Assembly: GCF_006345805.1 (NCBI RefSeq)
Contig: NC_043009.1
Span: 28,148,001-28,212,000 of the forward strand
DNA from: Octopus sinensis
Lineage: Eukaryota
Direction of reading: 5' to 3'
Length of the DNA: 64,000 nt
Every line of letters begins with the position of its first letter. The stretch's first letter is position 1. The notes beneath the pieces were generated by a model. The model saw nothing but the letters and a program-made list of their open reading frames with translations, was not told where the DNA came from and ran no database searches. A program made the translations under genes and the position numbers. Of the stretch, positions 24,276 to 37,219 are shown in pieces.

Positions 24276-24328
<53 letters not shown>

Positions 24329-24375
24329 ATATATAATATATATATATATTATATAAGTGTGTGTATATATATATA

Positions 24376-24414
<39 letters not shown>

Positions 24415-24442
24415 TGTGTGTATATATATGTATATGTATATA

Positions 24443-24780
24443 TCATCATCATCATCTTCATCATCGTTTAGCCTCTGCTTTACATGCTATCATGGGTTGG
24501 ACGATTTGACTGAGGTCTGACGAACCAGATGGCTGCACCAGGCTCCAATCTGATCTGGCAGAGTTTCTACAGCTGGATGCCCTTCCTAACGCCAAACACT
24601 CTGAGAGTGCAGTGGGTTCTTTTACATGCCACCGACACAAGGGCCAGTTAGGCGGTACTGGCAACAGCCATGCTCAAATGGTGCTTTTTATGTGCCACCT
24701 GCACAGGAGCCAGTCCAGCGGCACTGGCGATGATTTCGCTCGAATGTTTTTTCATGTGCCACCAGCACAAGTGCCAATAA
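24443..24780 (-). mobile_element. RTE-tail retroposon (family E)
   Basis: (CAT)n tail, CTGGATGCCCTTCCTAACGCCAA, repeated TTTTATGTGCCACC subunits; matches 43488-43825. Confidence 0.8.
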
Positions 24781-24813
24781 GGCTTTTATATATATATGTA
24801 TATGTATACACAC

Positions 24814-24846
<33 letters not shown>

Positions 24847-25334
24847 TAATCATATAAATGTATATGTATATATATGTATATACATATGACATTTATCATA
24901 TATATGCACACATACATAAACATATGGATATGTATGTATATGTATATATATACATGTGTGTATATATATATGTGTGTGTGTGTGGGTGAGTGCGTGTGTG
25001 TGTGTATATATATTCATATATACACATATTTAGGTATGTATATACATTTTGTTGATGACATAACAACTTATAAACTTTTGAAAGAATGTTAAAAAGTTCT
25101 TTTTTAGAACATTGGCTTTTCAGGCACATCATATCAAGATAAAAATAATAACATGTAAATATTAATTTTAAAAAAAAATCCCTTTTGGATAGAATAACCG
25201 AAAGAAAGTAGCACTCAATACATTTGGTAGGAGTTACATATATCATTTATCAACAGTTGACTCAGTTCCAGATGTCTTACAGTTTTGAGGACACATTCTT
25301 CCTCTTAGATACATACACATATTTACATGCATAT

Positions 25335-25347
25335 ACATATGTATGTT

Positions 25348-25379
<32 letters not shown>

Positions 25380-25421
25380 TGTATGTATGTATGCATGTAT
25401 ATATGTATGTATGTATGTATG

Positions 25422-25455
<34 letters not shown>

Positions 25456-25469
25456 TGTATGTATGCATG

Positions 25470-25503
<34 letters not shown>

Positions 25504-25515
25504 TGTGTGTATGCA
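25335..25515. repeat. (ATGT)n microsatellite
   Basis: Direct inspection. Confidence 0.95.
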
Positions 25516-26117
25516 TGAATGTGTGCATACTCACACAAATATATGCATCCATATCTATATAGCTCTATAGACATACAAACCGTTACTAATATATATATAT
25601 TTATTTATATATATCATATATATATCAGTGTTTTGATCTGTTTAAGCCAATTATTGTCACCATTTCGTATGTGAATGTACCATTGGGTTTACTCCATCAA
25701 CACAATATATTAATATATAATTAATAACCAATTTGTTTTGCTAATTAAGCTCTTCTTGTACAGATATGACACAATAATAATTTAATTTCGATGATATTTT
25801 ATTAAAATATTGTCAGATAACATCTCACACTAACCAGTCTGTGATTTTAGATATTTCAGATAAGAGGATACAAGAAAAAATTAATTTTGGGTGGAATAAT
25901 GATGGTGGCAGAGGTGATGGTGGTATTGATGATGTCTCTTAGCTTTTCAAGAATAAAAAGTAGAAGTTAAAAAAAAACCCAAAAAAACAAATAAAAAAAC
26001 AGCCAGTTATCTAGACTTTCTGAAGTGTGTTATATTATGACAAAAGATAAAATTTAGTGGTTGAAAAGAATAAATAAAAATTCTAATTTATAACATTGGG
26101 TATAACAATGACAATTC

Positions 26118-26145
26118 TGCAATAATAATAATAATAATAATAATC

Positions 26146-26190
<45 letters not shown>

Positions 26191-26310
26191 TAGTATATAA
26201 TAATAATATTAAAAATAATATATAATAATGATAAAAAATAACAGTATAATAATAATAATAATAAAAAATAATAGTATATAATAATAATAACAAAAAATAA
26301 TAGTATATAA

Positions 26311-26380
<70 letters not shown>

Positions 26381-26386
26381 CATAAT
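26118..26386. repeat. (AAT)n array
   Basis: Direct inspection. Confidence 0.95.
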
Positions 26387-26809
26387 GTGAGGCAGTGATA
26401 ATAAACAATAAATTCATTTATTTATTTATTTAACTGTTTTGAGTTCCAGAATGTGTGGACGTGATTTTTTTTTTTATGTATCTGTTTGTTTCCTTTTTCT
26501 TTTTGCTTGTTTGTTCTGTTTATCAGTATTTATTTCTCTGTTTATTATGGCCATGTATGTTTGATATCGGTTGTTATTGATACATACATACATACCATAC
26601 ATATGTAAGTATACCTACATATATATATATGTGCATATATTATATATATATATATCTATATATATATATATTATATATATATATATAATATATATATATA
26701 TAATGTATATATATATGTATAATATATATATATATGTATATATATATATGTATAATATATATATATGTATATATGTATGTATATATGTATATATATATAT
26801 GTATATATA

Positions 26810-26855
<46 letters not shown>

Positions 26856-27187
26856 TATATATATACACACATAAATATATATGTGTGTGTGTGTACCCAC
26901 ACTCATATATGTTTAGACAGTTGTCGGCGCTTAGCTCTATTCAGACACCGAAGTACCACTTGCCTTTGCCAAAATACTTATACAACATCTACAACAAGTT
27001 CGTGGCAATTTCCATTGATTTCATTAATATTTTTGAAGAAACATCAAAGCTTTTTGGGGGCTTCGAAGTTTGAATAGCCATCGCTGTGTTTTGGACATCT
27101 GTACAACATTAATCTCTCTTCTTTTTCCTTCTCTTTCTCTCTCCCTATCTAACTCTTTTTTTTTTTTTCTCTTTATCTATTGCTTAC

Positions 27188-27218
27188 CTTTGTCTGATCT
27201 CTGGGTAGCGGTGAGGAA
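27188..27218 (-). CDS. candidate 31-nt exon of unidentified host gene
   Basis: TATATTAG|TTCCTCACCGCTACCCAGAGATCAGACAAAG|GTAAGC; GC-richer than flanks. An alternative acceptor gives an open 132-nt exon (27188-27319). Confidence 0.3.
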
Positions 27219-27450
27219 CTAATATACAATGTTATTTGCCTGCCTGAGTTTTCGGTCTCCCATTGTGTTTCTGCAACTACTAAAAACCTACTTTGTCTCA
27301 TTATAGTTGCTGATCTAAACTTGTAGGAATTAAAAACACAATACATTGTAACACCATCACCACCACTACCACGGCCACCACCACCACCATCACTACCACC
27401 CATGCACAAACATGGAGATAATAGTCCTCATGTATGTATACATACATATA

Positions 27451-27564
<114 letters not shown>

Positions 27565-27923
27565 GCTATCAACAAAGGAGAGCAGGAGGACAGTGAAAAG
27601 CAGAGCTATATATATATAAGTACATTCATTCATACATTCATATATACATATATATATGTGTGTGTATATATATATATATATATGTATGTGTATATGTATA
27701 TATGTATGTATATATATATATATATATATGTATACACATATATACTTATATACTTACATATATGTATATATTTACATAGATAGATACATATATTTATATA
27801 TATATGTATATACATATATACCAATGGGTTTACTCCAGCAGCACAATACATTAGTATATAATACATATAACATATATTCATATATATATATACATATATA
27901 CATACATACATAAATACATATAC

Positions 27924-27969
<46 letters not shown>

Positions 27970-28199
27970 GTGTGAGTGTATATGTATGTTGTATTGAAAT
28001 TTCTATCCGTTTCATCTTTCATGGCTAACCATGGGTATGTTTTGTTAGTTTTTAGGCTTTTTTTTTTTCGACTTGTAACTCTGCATCTTGCCTTTGTTTG
28101 TTATCTTCCATTACCATCATTGTATCGGCATTAAACAAATAGAATTGGTTTATTAAAGTGTGAAAATAAAAATAACTGTCCACTCAGCCGCTTCATAAG

Positions 28200-28257
28200 T
28201 GTGATGGTGATGGTGATGTTACTGATGATGGTGATGGTGGTGGTGGTGGTGACAGAC

Positions 28258-28296
<39 letters not shown>

Positions 28297-28595
28297 TGGT
28301 GATGATGTTCATGCTGAAGCGAATGCTCTTGATGATGATCACAATGGCAATGATGATGACCATGATGATGATAATGATGGTGATGATGATATGTTCACGA
28401 TGCTGCTGCTGCTGATGACGACAACAATGATGATGATTATGACTGTGATGACCATGATGATGATGATGATGATGATGACAATAATGACAATGACAATGAT
28501 GATGATGATGACGATGCTCATGATGGTGATGATGACGATATCAGTGACGACAACGTTGATGAAGATGATGTATCTCCCTCACCACTTTCAATGAT
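28200..28595. repeat. (GAT/GGT)n triplet array
   Basis: Direct inspection. Confidence 0.9.
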
Positions 28596-30144
28596 GAGCA
28601 TTCAGTCACCCAAGGGAACAAGCTTCACTAAACTATCAAGCATGTGGCTGAGTATTCCAGATATGACTGCTCTTAATGTACTTTTCAAGCTAAATCAACA
28701 TGACACAACCAACCCAATATATTATTGATACAACCGCCATGACAGGATTCCACACAGTTTCCGTTTACCAAATGTCACTGATGAAGCTTTGATTGTTCCA
28801 AGAATGAGAAAAAGAAAACCCCTGCATCACGCTCAGTGATTGAACTCACTTACTCGTGATTACGAAGTGAATTTATTAAACACTTACTGATGTTTGCATC
28901 ATATATTTACACACATACAGGCACTCACACATACACACATATAGAGACACTCTCACGCTCATACACACACATTTATGGATGTCTACAGTTTAGATGTGTT
29001 TTGTTTGTTCTTACTTTTTATGATGTAAAGCACTTTAACACAGCTTGAATGAACTCATCATCACCATCACCATCATCAACATCGTCGTCATCATCACCAT
29101 CATCCCCATCATCATCATCTTCACCATCACCATCATCATCATCATCCCCATCATCATCATCATCATCATCATGAGCATCACCATCACCACCACCACCACC
29201 ACTATCCCATTATCATCATCTTCAACATCATCATCCCTTGTTTTAGTTTCACTTTACCATGCTGTTCTTGGTCAAATGGATATTTTCTGACCTTCATGAA
29301 ACTGCTTTCCATTCTGTAATCCACAGAGTTCCATATTCTAATGTTTGCCTAATTATTCTCTTTCATTAAAATTCCAAACAAATTTATATTCTAAACACCA
29401 GCTTAATAATGACACAGTTATTTTACTAAATTCTTCATAATTTTCAAATTAATTCCATCAAAGGCAATGTATTTCAATAGGAATATGGTAATGAAACTGT
29501 TAATAGCAAGACATTGTGACTGTTACCATTCCTTTTAGTGACTCCCCACCCCAAAACATGTGAGAACATAGTGTACTAATTCCAAACCAAAGATGCACAT
29601 GGTAACATTTATGTTTGATGGATACTTTTTGTCTATTGCTGGTATGTTGCTGTGCCTTTTAGCACTATATTTATATGTGAGATACTTTCTCAAGTCAAAC
29701 ACTGCAGTTTCATGGCTTTCTCACAGTATATCCACATTAACTGGATTACGCTGATTTTCTGGTATTGCCTGAAGAGCCTAAACATAATGTCCACTGGATT
29801 CCCATTAAAGTGGTAATGAACAACACACAGAAGAAAAGATAAAATACAAAAAAAATAGACAATCAATTATGCTGCAGTCTTGTAGTTGTATGTGTTTATG
29901 GCTCATTGTTTTTGGCATCCTTTTTAGCTTTTTATTAAAAATTGTTTGCCAGCATAACATGGCAGTCCTGGTTTAGGACGAATATTGCTGTAATTTAGCC
30001 CCAGGAGATATCATCTCCAGCTGGCTATACAACATGATCTGCGTTCTTATGTTTTCAAATAAGGGAATTTAGCACTCCCACTCAGCTCAAAACAATATTT
30101 ATGTATCGCGCTTTCTGGCTTATTATTGCCATGTTATGTTGGCA

Positions 30145-30498
30145 AAGATCAGTGTCTATAGGGCCGTGGTTCTCACCTCTCTTCTCTACGACTCAGAGAC
30201 CTGGATCACTTATCGCAGTCACATCCGTCTCCTCGAGCGCTTCCACCAGCGATGTCTCCGCACCATCCTCAACATTAACTTGAGTGACTTCGTCACAAGC
30301 ATTGAAGTCTTGGAGCAGGCCGAGATCCCCAGCATTGAAGCCATGCTACTGAAGTACCACCTCTGATGGGCAGGGCATGTCTCCAGAATGGAGAACCATC
30401 GCCTTCCAAAGATTGCCCTGTTTGGCAAACTCTCCACCGGCCACCGAGTGAGAGGAGCTCCAAGGAAGCACTACAAAGACTGCCTCAACAAAACCTTT
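30145..30498 (+). pseudogene. RTE (BovB-like) LINE post-RT fragment
   Basis: KISVYRAVVLTSLLYDSETW...LERFHQRCLRTILNI...L*WAGHVSRMENHRLPKIALFGKLSTGHRVRGAPRKHYKDCL; one in-frame TGA. Confidence 0.85.
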
Positions 30499-30558
30499 GG
30501 TGGTATACCATGTTTGAGAAGAACTGTTAAGCCAAGTGAGATTGTAGTTGTGGTCGAT

Positions 30559-30800
30559 GCTGGTGTCAGGTCAGTGGCACTCATGCTGGTGTCAGGTCAG
30601 TGGCACTCATGCTGGTGTCAGGTCAGTGGCACTCATGCTGGTATCAGGTCAGTGGCACTCATGCTGGTGTCAGGTCAGTGGCACTCATGCTGGTGTCAGG
30701 TCAGTGGCACTCATGCTGGTATCAGGTCAGTGGCACTCATGCTGGTGTCAGGTCAGTGGCACTCATGCTGGTGTCAGGTCAGTGGCACTCATGCTGGTGC
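30559..30800. repeat. 26-bp minisatellite, about 9 copies
   Basis: Unit GGTCAGTGGCACTCATGCTGGTGTCA; G>A variant at 30643 and 30721 (78 bp apart). Confidence 0.95.
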
Positions 30801-30950
30801 CACATAAAAAGCACTCACTACACTTTTGGAGTAGTTGATATTAGGAATGGCATCCATCTGTAGAAACCATGTCAAATCAGATTAAAACCTGGTGGAGGTC
30901 TGTGGTTTACCAGTTTTCAAGTCAAACCATCCAACCCATGCCACTATGGA
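30795..30950 (+). mobile_element. RTE-tail retroposon (family E)
   Basis: GGTGCCACATAAAAAGCAC...GGCATCCATCTGTAGAAACC...CAACCCATGCCACTATGGAAAGC followed by an (ATG)-type tail. Confidence 0.7.
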
Positions 30951-31939
30951 AAGCGAATTTTAAATGATGAGGATGAGGATGATGATGATTGACAGAGCAT
31001 GAGAGTGATCCGAACACTCAAACTGGTGAAAATGATGAGGAAAGTATGATCCAGATGAACAAATATTAGCTGTTGAGAGATAAGCCTGAGAGATAAGTGC
31101 GTTTGTTATTCTCCTGAATGCTTTTTGTGATTCTGACCATCAATTTTCCTGCAATCATTAGTGTTGAGCTGCATAGTCAACTAATTATATTTTTGTTCAG
31201 GAGACCAGGTGGAGGGTAAACTTAGATGCAGGGGCTGACGCCTGACAGGGATAAGTAAGATATACTGATTGCCGTTCTAAACTAAAATATGTTTCCATCT
31301 TGAAACTAAGCCATTCTCTGTAGATATACAAAGCCAAACTTTGTTGATCCATCTTTTAAAATCTGAATCAAAAAATTTTAATTCAAATTTACAACTTTTG
31401 TGAAACTTTTAAATGTTATAAATTATATTATATTATAAATTTCAATTAACTCATATTATAAATTTTAATTTCAAATTATGTCATATTTTTAATTTTGACT
31501 TAAACTTATCTTGTTGAGTAGTTTAAATCCTTTTAATTAAAATCTGTTTTAAATCTTGTTAATTATCTCCTTATATCAATTAATTACTGCCTTAATTAAC
31601 TAATTTCATTGGTTGGGTTTCTTTATTTTGATTTCATTTTGCGTGTCAATCTCCCTCACTCTCTCTGTCTCACTCTCCTCCCCTCTTAGTCATTCCTTCT
31701 CTCATCTTTCTCTCTCTCTTTCTGTCTGTATGTCTCCCTTTCACTCACTCATTCTCTCAACTTCTCTTCCTTTCTCTGTGTGTTTCCCCCTCACTCTCAC
31801 ATTCACTCTCTTTCTCTTATGTACTTTCTCTCTCATTCTCTTTCTTGCACTCACTCTTCTCTCTCTAGTTCTCCTTCTCTCTGTTTCTCCTTCTCCCCTC
31901 CCACACTCTCCTACTATCCTTCTCTGTTCCTCTCTCCAG

Positions 31940-32055
31940 AATGTAGAACTATAGAACATTACTCATCAGTCTTCTCGAAGCTGTCTAGAGACATGCAACC
32001 AGATGAAGATCCTCCATCAGTCACTTACCATATCTTGAACTTGAACTTAGCACAG
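31940..32055 (+). CDS. candidate 116-nt exon, alternative to the overlapping minus-strand microexon
   Basis: Long pyrimidine tract, CCAG|, open frame ECRTIEHYSSVFSKLSRDMQPDEDPPSVTYHILNLNLAQ, |GTAAAA. Confidence 0.25.
32029..32045 (-). CDS. candidate 11/17-nt microexon
   Basis: TTTTTTACCTGTGCTAAG|TTCAAG|TTCAAGATATG|GTAAGTG. Confidence 0.25.
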
Positions 32056-32619
32056 GTAAAAAATGGTTAAGAAATACTGTACTAAGGCATCATTGTAGAA
32101 TTAGATAACTCCTCTTCCATCAGTTACCATATTCTTGAACATTTTAATCCTCTGGGCTTTGACCCATTAAAATTACAATGTCTAACAGATGACTTGGCAG
32201 AAGCCCACAAGATTATCCATCATCTTTGGTCCCCTTTTTTGATTTCAAAATTTCTACCATTTCTGGCCATGCTTTATAAAAGGAAAATGAGGAAAGACAC
32301 GTTTCTTTCAGTAACATTTTTTTCACACTGAAATTGTCAAAGTATGGAGTAAACTATTTGAGGCAGTTGTTAGTTGTCAGGACATGCTTCTAAGAATCTC
32401 TGCTTCCTGAAAGTTGCCAATTCTACTAATCTGGCTGTGTACCCTTTCCTGTGGCTCTTTTATTCTTCCTTTTCATATTTCTATATTTTGGTAATCATTG
32501 CTGTCTTTATTTGATTTGTTACTACTTTTTCGCCTTCTGTTACTCTTTGCTGATAAATTATAGTGCACCTGAGCATTGCATACAGAAAGCTCATTATTAT
32601 TACTATTTTTTAATATTAT

Positions 32620-33024
32620 TTTATTGTCTTTGCACAGTATCTAACGCTGGAGATGTACTACAGTATCAGCTTTTCACTACCAGCAAATTAAAGTAACACC
32701 CCTTATTTTTTGAGCACCATCCAGACTATTTGAATGGTTGCAAGCAGTGCTGTTTTCTGCAAGTGCTCCACCCTTATTGCAACCCCTATTTGTTCCATGT
32801 ACTTCTCAAGATTTTTACTCACTGTTCCCAGGTCTCCAATAATTAATGTGACTACTACCACCTTTTTCATCAAGCACAGCTGCTTAACCTCCCAAGCTAA
32901 CCTGTCATACCTATCGACTTTTCTTTCTTCCATATAACATACCTTGTTGTCAGCTGGGCATGATGCATCTATGATCCAGCATGGTTTGCTTTCTTTCTCA
33001 ATTAACACTATGTTTGGTATCTTT
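32620..33024 (-). pseudogene. R4/Dong-type LINE, RLE-domain 3' fragment
   Basis: KIPNIVLIEKESKPCWIIDASCPADNKV...RYDRLAWEVKQL...IIGDLGTV...LQKTALL; 5' end abuts (TAA)n. Confidence 0.85.
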
Positions 33025-33158
33025 ACTATTATTATTATTATTATTATTATCATCATTATTATTATTGTTGTTGTTGTTGTTGTGTTGTTGTTGTTGTTGT
33101 TGTTGTCGTCATCGTCGTTGTTGTTGTTCTTATTATTATTATTATTATCATTATTTTA

Positions 33159-33203
<45 letters not shown>

Positions 33204-33220
33204 CATTATTATTATTATGT
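33025..33220. repeat. (ATT/GTT)n array
   Basis: Direct inspection. Confidence 0.95.
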
Positions 33221-33539
33221 TTGGTTTTTGCTTTGTATTTGTACAAGTTGACTCTAAGTTTCACCCAGAGACCTCAAGAGACAACAAGTTAGATGTTCAA
33301 GCTGGTGTTTTGACTAGGGTGCCATATTTTTGGTTTCGCACCAAGTATTGTTCTAAAGAATGACTGTGTGAACAAGAAAATTAAAAGTTTGTTCTAAAAG
33401 TAATTTGATTATAAGATGATTGAGTGATCTTAAGATGACAGTAAAAGTTGTTTGCAGTTACGAACATTTAAAAGTATTTTGATACTGTTTACAAAATAAT
33501 ATGTTTTGGGGATTATTAAGATATTTTTCTTAGGATATG

Positions 33540-33642
33540 AGAAATTCTCATGAGCACTATTTCCTGGTATCTGGGATAGGTGGCATTCAGCCCCTTTTGC
33601 TATCATTCCTAGGGCACCTATGACAACAGGTATTATTTTAGT
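33540..33642 (-). pseudogene. R4/Dong-type LINE, short C-terminal fragment
   Basis: KTKIIPVVIGALGMIAKGAECHLSQIPG; 5' end abuts (ATC/ATT)n. Confidence 0.65.
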
Positions 33643-33759
33643 CTTCATCATCATCAATAATATCATCATCATCAGTATTATTATTATTATTATCATCATC
33701 ATCATCATCATCATCGTCATCATTATTAATTTCTTCACATTCCGAGTGCAAACCCCCAC

Positions 33760-34010
33760 GGAGTCCCTTTGCCCTTCATCCTTTCAGGGTTGGTAAAATA
33801 AGCCACCAGTCAAATATCGAAGATGATGTGACTGACTTTACTCCTTCCCCTAAAATTGCCGGCATTGTACCAAAATTTGAAATGAAGGTGATGAGCTGGC
33901 AGAATTCTTAGCAGACTGGACCAAAATTCTTCAGTGCATTTTTTCCATCACTTTTAAGTTCTGACTTCAAATCCCACTGAAGTGAACTTTGTCTTCCATT
34001 CTTTACTTTT
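33760..34010 (+). mobile_element. two SINE family B fragments
   Basis: TTTGCCCTTCATCCTTTCAGGGTTGGTAAAATAAG... then GAGCTGGCAGAATTCTTAGC...TTCAAATCCC. Confidence 0.6.
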
Positions 34011-34191
34011 ATGTTTAACCATTCAATACTTTCAGTGGAATAATAGATTTAAGTCTCTCTGCAGCATCATCATCATCTTGCAGACAGACGAGGGAAGATG
34101 ACACAGGTGAAGTTTCGAAATAACTCTCAACCTCTTTTCCTTGCAAAAATAATAAATACAATTACTGCTCTCTCTCTCTCTCTCTCTCTCA

Positions 34192-34240
<49 letters not shown>

Positions 34241-34845
34241 TTTTGCTTTCTCTTCTTCTTGCTTTGGATATATTTATACACACACATACACATATATGAG
34301 CTTATGTACGCATGCGCGCATGCACACACACACACACACACACACGCAGGTATTTTCTATTCAGATTTATTTAGCTGAATGCCATGTGTGTGTGTGTTTC
34401 TGTATGTGTGTATGTGTGTGTGTGTGTTTCTGTATGTGTGTATGTGTGTGTGTGTGTTTCTGTATGTGTGCATGTGTGTATATGTTCATGTGTTTGTGTA
34501 TGTGCATGTGTGTGCATGTATGTGTGTATGTGCATGTGTATGTGTGTGTGTGTATGTGTATGTGAGTGTATGTGTGTGTGCACATGTGTGTGTGTGTGTG
34601 TGAAGGCATGTGGCTTAGTGCTTAGGACATTCAGCCCATGACTGTAAGGTCCAGGGGAAAAGTATCTACTTGGACAACTATTGATTAACAGAATTAATTT
34701 ATTTGTATCCTAAACCATTTTTAATTATTCGGAATATGTCAATGTTGGAGTCTTTCTGTTCTGTCTGCCTCTTTTACCTTGAATACATAATATATTATCA
34801 ATATTATTATTGTTGTTGTTATTATTATTATTATTGTTATTATTA

Positions 34846-36403
34846 TTCAGTAGTTTTATTTTTATAGCGTGCTTTCACTTCACTACCGAGCGCAGCTCTG
34901 TGTGCCTTAGACATGTGCTGTGATTTGTTGTGATGCTCTGATGGTTATTGTATGGAAAGTGTTCTGCATAGGATGCGTGCAGTGCCTAGTAGTGCAATTT
35001 TCTGTATGTTATATGTGTTTGTAAGTCCTGGTGTTTTTGTTATGTATTTGTCTGAATATTTTTTATCATGCCTAATGCACCTACTATGATAGGAATTGTT
35101 TCTGTTTTTAGATTCCACATTCTGGTTACCTCTATTTCCAGGTCTTTGTATTTTGAAAGTTTCTCCATTTCTTTTAGAGACATGTTGTCATCTGCCGGTA
35201 TTGATACATCAATTAGAAAGCATTTTTTTTCTTCATGATCTCTGACAACTATATCTGGTCTGTTGGCCTTAATTTCTCTATCTGTGTGTATCGGCATATC
35301 CCAGAGTATGGTTGCTTTCTCGTTTTCTGTGACCTTTTCTGGTGTGTGCCTATACCATCTTTTTTCTGTTGTTATTCCATAATGTTGGCATAGCTTACAG
35401 TGTATGTAGGTTCCAACTCTGTCATGTCTGTGAATATATTCCTTCTTAGCCAGGACTGGGCAGCCAGAGATAATATGATTTATTGTTTCTTGGCCATCTC
35501 CACATATTCTGCAGTTACTTGTTATATTTCTTTTCATTACATGTTTTTGGTAATTTCTGGTGGGGAGGCTTTGGTCTTGTGCTGCAATTAAAAATCCCTC
35601 TGTCTCTGCTGCTGGGATTTTTCTTTGTCTATTTCTTTTGCGTTTAGTTTAGTCCAGTATTTACTAAGAAGGGGCTTTTCTTGCCATCGTTTTATCATGT
35701 TTCGTTGCTGTTCTATTTTTAGTTTGGATTTCATTTGTTTTATAGCTTTTGTTGTTTCTTCTTCTTCTTCTTCTTCTTCTTCTTCTTCTTCTTCTTCTTC
35801 TTCTTCTTCTTCTTCTTCTTCTTCATATTTATTAGGTGGTATGATTTCTTGTTTGTATTTGTCAGCTTCCTTAAATACTGAGAACAGTTTTTTGTTTTGC
35901 TCGTGTTTTGCCGCTATTTGTATCAGTTTTCCTTCTTTCTGAAGTAGATATTTTTGCAGTCCTATGGTGGTTATTTTATAGTAGTTTTCCAGCTGTATAA
36001 GGCCTCTACCACCTTCTATACATTGTATATATAGTCTTTCTATGTCAGATTTTGGGTGATGCATCCTAGATCCTGTCATTATTTTTCTTATTTTCCTATC
36101 TATTTTGGCCAGTTCATTTAGTGTCCAGTTAAGGATATTGTAGCTGTAACTTATAACTGGGACAGCTAAAGTGTTAATACCTATTATCTTGTTTTTAGCA
36201 TTGAGCTCTGTTTTTAGTATTGATCTAACTCATCTATAATATTCTTTTTTTATTTTCTCTTTCATTTGTGTGTGTTGTGTCTTATCTAGTTCATGGATTC
36301 CTAAGTATTTGTAAGTTTGGCTTTGGTCTAATTCTTTTATTTCATTGGTTTTATCTAGTGTGATGTTGCTACTATTAACTAGTTTTCCTCTTTTCAGGGT
36401 TAC
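34846..36403 (-). mobile_element. 5'-truncated R4/Dong-type non-LTR retrotransposon (RT end, CCHC, RLE)
   Basis: YKYLG, GGRGLI, AETEGFLIAAQDQSL, CRICG..ETINHIISGC, NRPDIVV...LIDVSIP, KYKDLEIE; stop at 34945-34947; (TAA)n on both flanks; one stop, small deletions, in-frame (GAA)n expansion. Confidence 0.92.
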
Positions 36404-36465
<62 letters not shown>

Positions 36466-36467
36466 TT

Positions 36468-36690
36468 TAAGGTGGTGAGCTAGCAGAATTGTTAGCATGC
36501 TAGGCAAAATGCTTAGTGGCATTACGTAAGTCTTTACATTCTGAGTTCAAATCCTGTCGGTCTTGACTTAGCCTTTCATCCATTTGGGGTGTCTATGAAT
36601 TAAGTACCAGTTATGCCCTGGGGTCGCTATAATCGACTAGCCCCTCCCAACCACCAAATATCAGACCGTGTGCCTTTAGTAGAAAGGATT
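36468..36690 (+). mobile_element. SINE family B
   Basis: GGTGGTGAGCTAGCAGAATTGTTAGC...GAGTTCAAATCC...TTAAGTACCAG...GTGTGCCTTTAGTAGAAAG. Confidence 0.8.
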
Positions 36691-36697
36691 ATATTGT

Positions 36698-37185
36698 TTT
36701 TCCTTTGCCTAGTGGCTGAGGCAAAAGAGGTTGTTTGGTGGACACGGCTGAAAGGCACAAGGACAGACACATTCCTCTTTGGTAGAGCTCTCATTGACTT
36801 CTTCAAGCTTCACTTGAAAAGGAAACTGAGGACGGAGAGGGAAGTGCTGTTCTTGAGTGAGTTCATTGAAAGATGAGTGACAGTTGCGGAAATGGCAAAA
36901 GTGGATGGTACCTCTCTAAGTGTAGACCTGTGAATCGGAGAGAAGGAATTGGAGAGGGCACTTGCTCCTGGGGTTTCAGAGAAATCTCAGACAGTGGGAT
37001 TCCTCAATTATCCCTAGTGGCCTTCCTGTTTGAGGAGGGCCACATCTCTATCATCTTGCTGCCCCCCACCATTTTTTTATAGACTTTCTTTTTTTTCTTA
37101 ATCATTTCACTATATGTAAACCACCACACTTAATGTCTGTCTTTTTATTGTCCCTTTCATCTTTCACCCTTGTGGCAAATAAATG

Positions 37186-37187
<2 letters not shown>
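36698..37187 (+). pseudogene. L1/Tx1-like ORF2 C-terminus and 3' UTR
   Basis: LVAEAKEVVWWTRLK...LIDFFKLHLKRKLRTEREVL...FIER*V resembles the Tx1/L1 C-terminal helical region; AATAAA then (ATC)n tail. Confidence 0.5.

Positions 37188-37219
<32 letters not shown>

Larger units (their letters stand above)
21533..24276 (+). mobile_element. 5'-truncated Penelope-like retroelement (probable Naiad clade) in (TA)n
   Basis: RT plus GIY-YIG ORF to 23178, about 1.1-kb 3' region with hammerhead at 24206-24243, AATAAA at 24269; (TA)n on both flanks. Confidence 0.85.

Noticed and set aside
30364-30366. In-frame TGA in the RTE fragment as read-through
   Set aside because: Simple CGA>TGA decay of the conserved L-R-W-A-G-H motif.
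30559-30800. 26-bp repeat array as CRISPR
   Set aside because: Units are directly adjacent with no unique spacers, no cas genes, and the context is eukaryotic.
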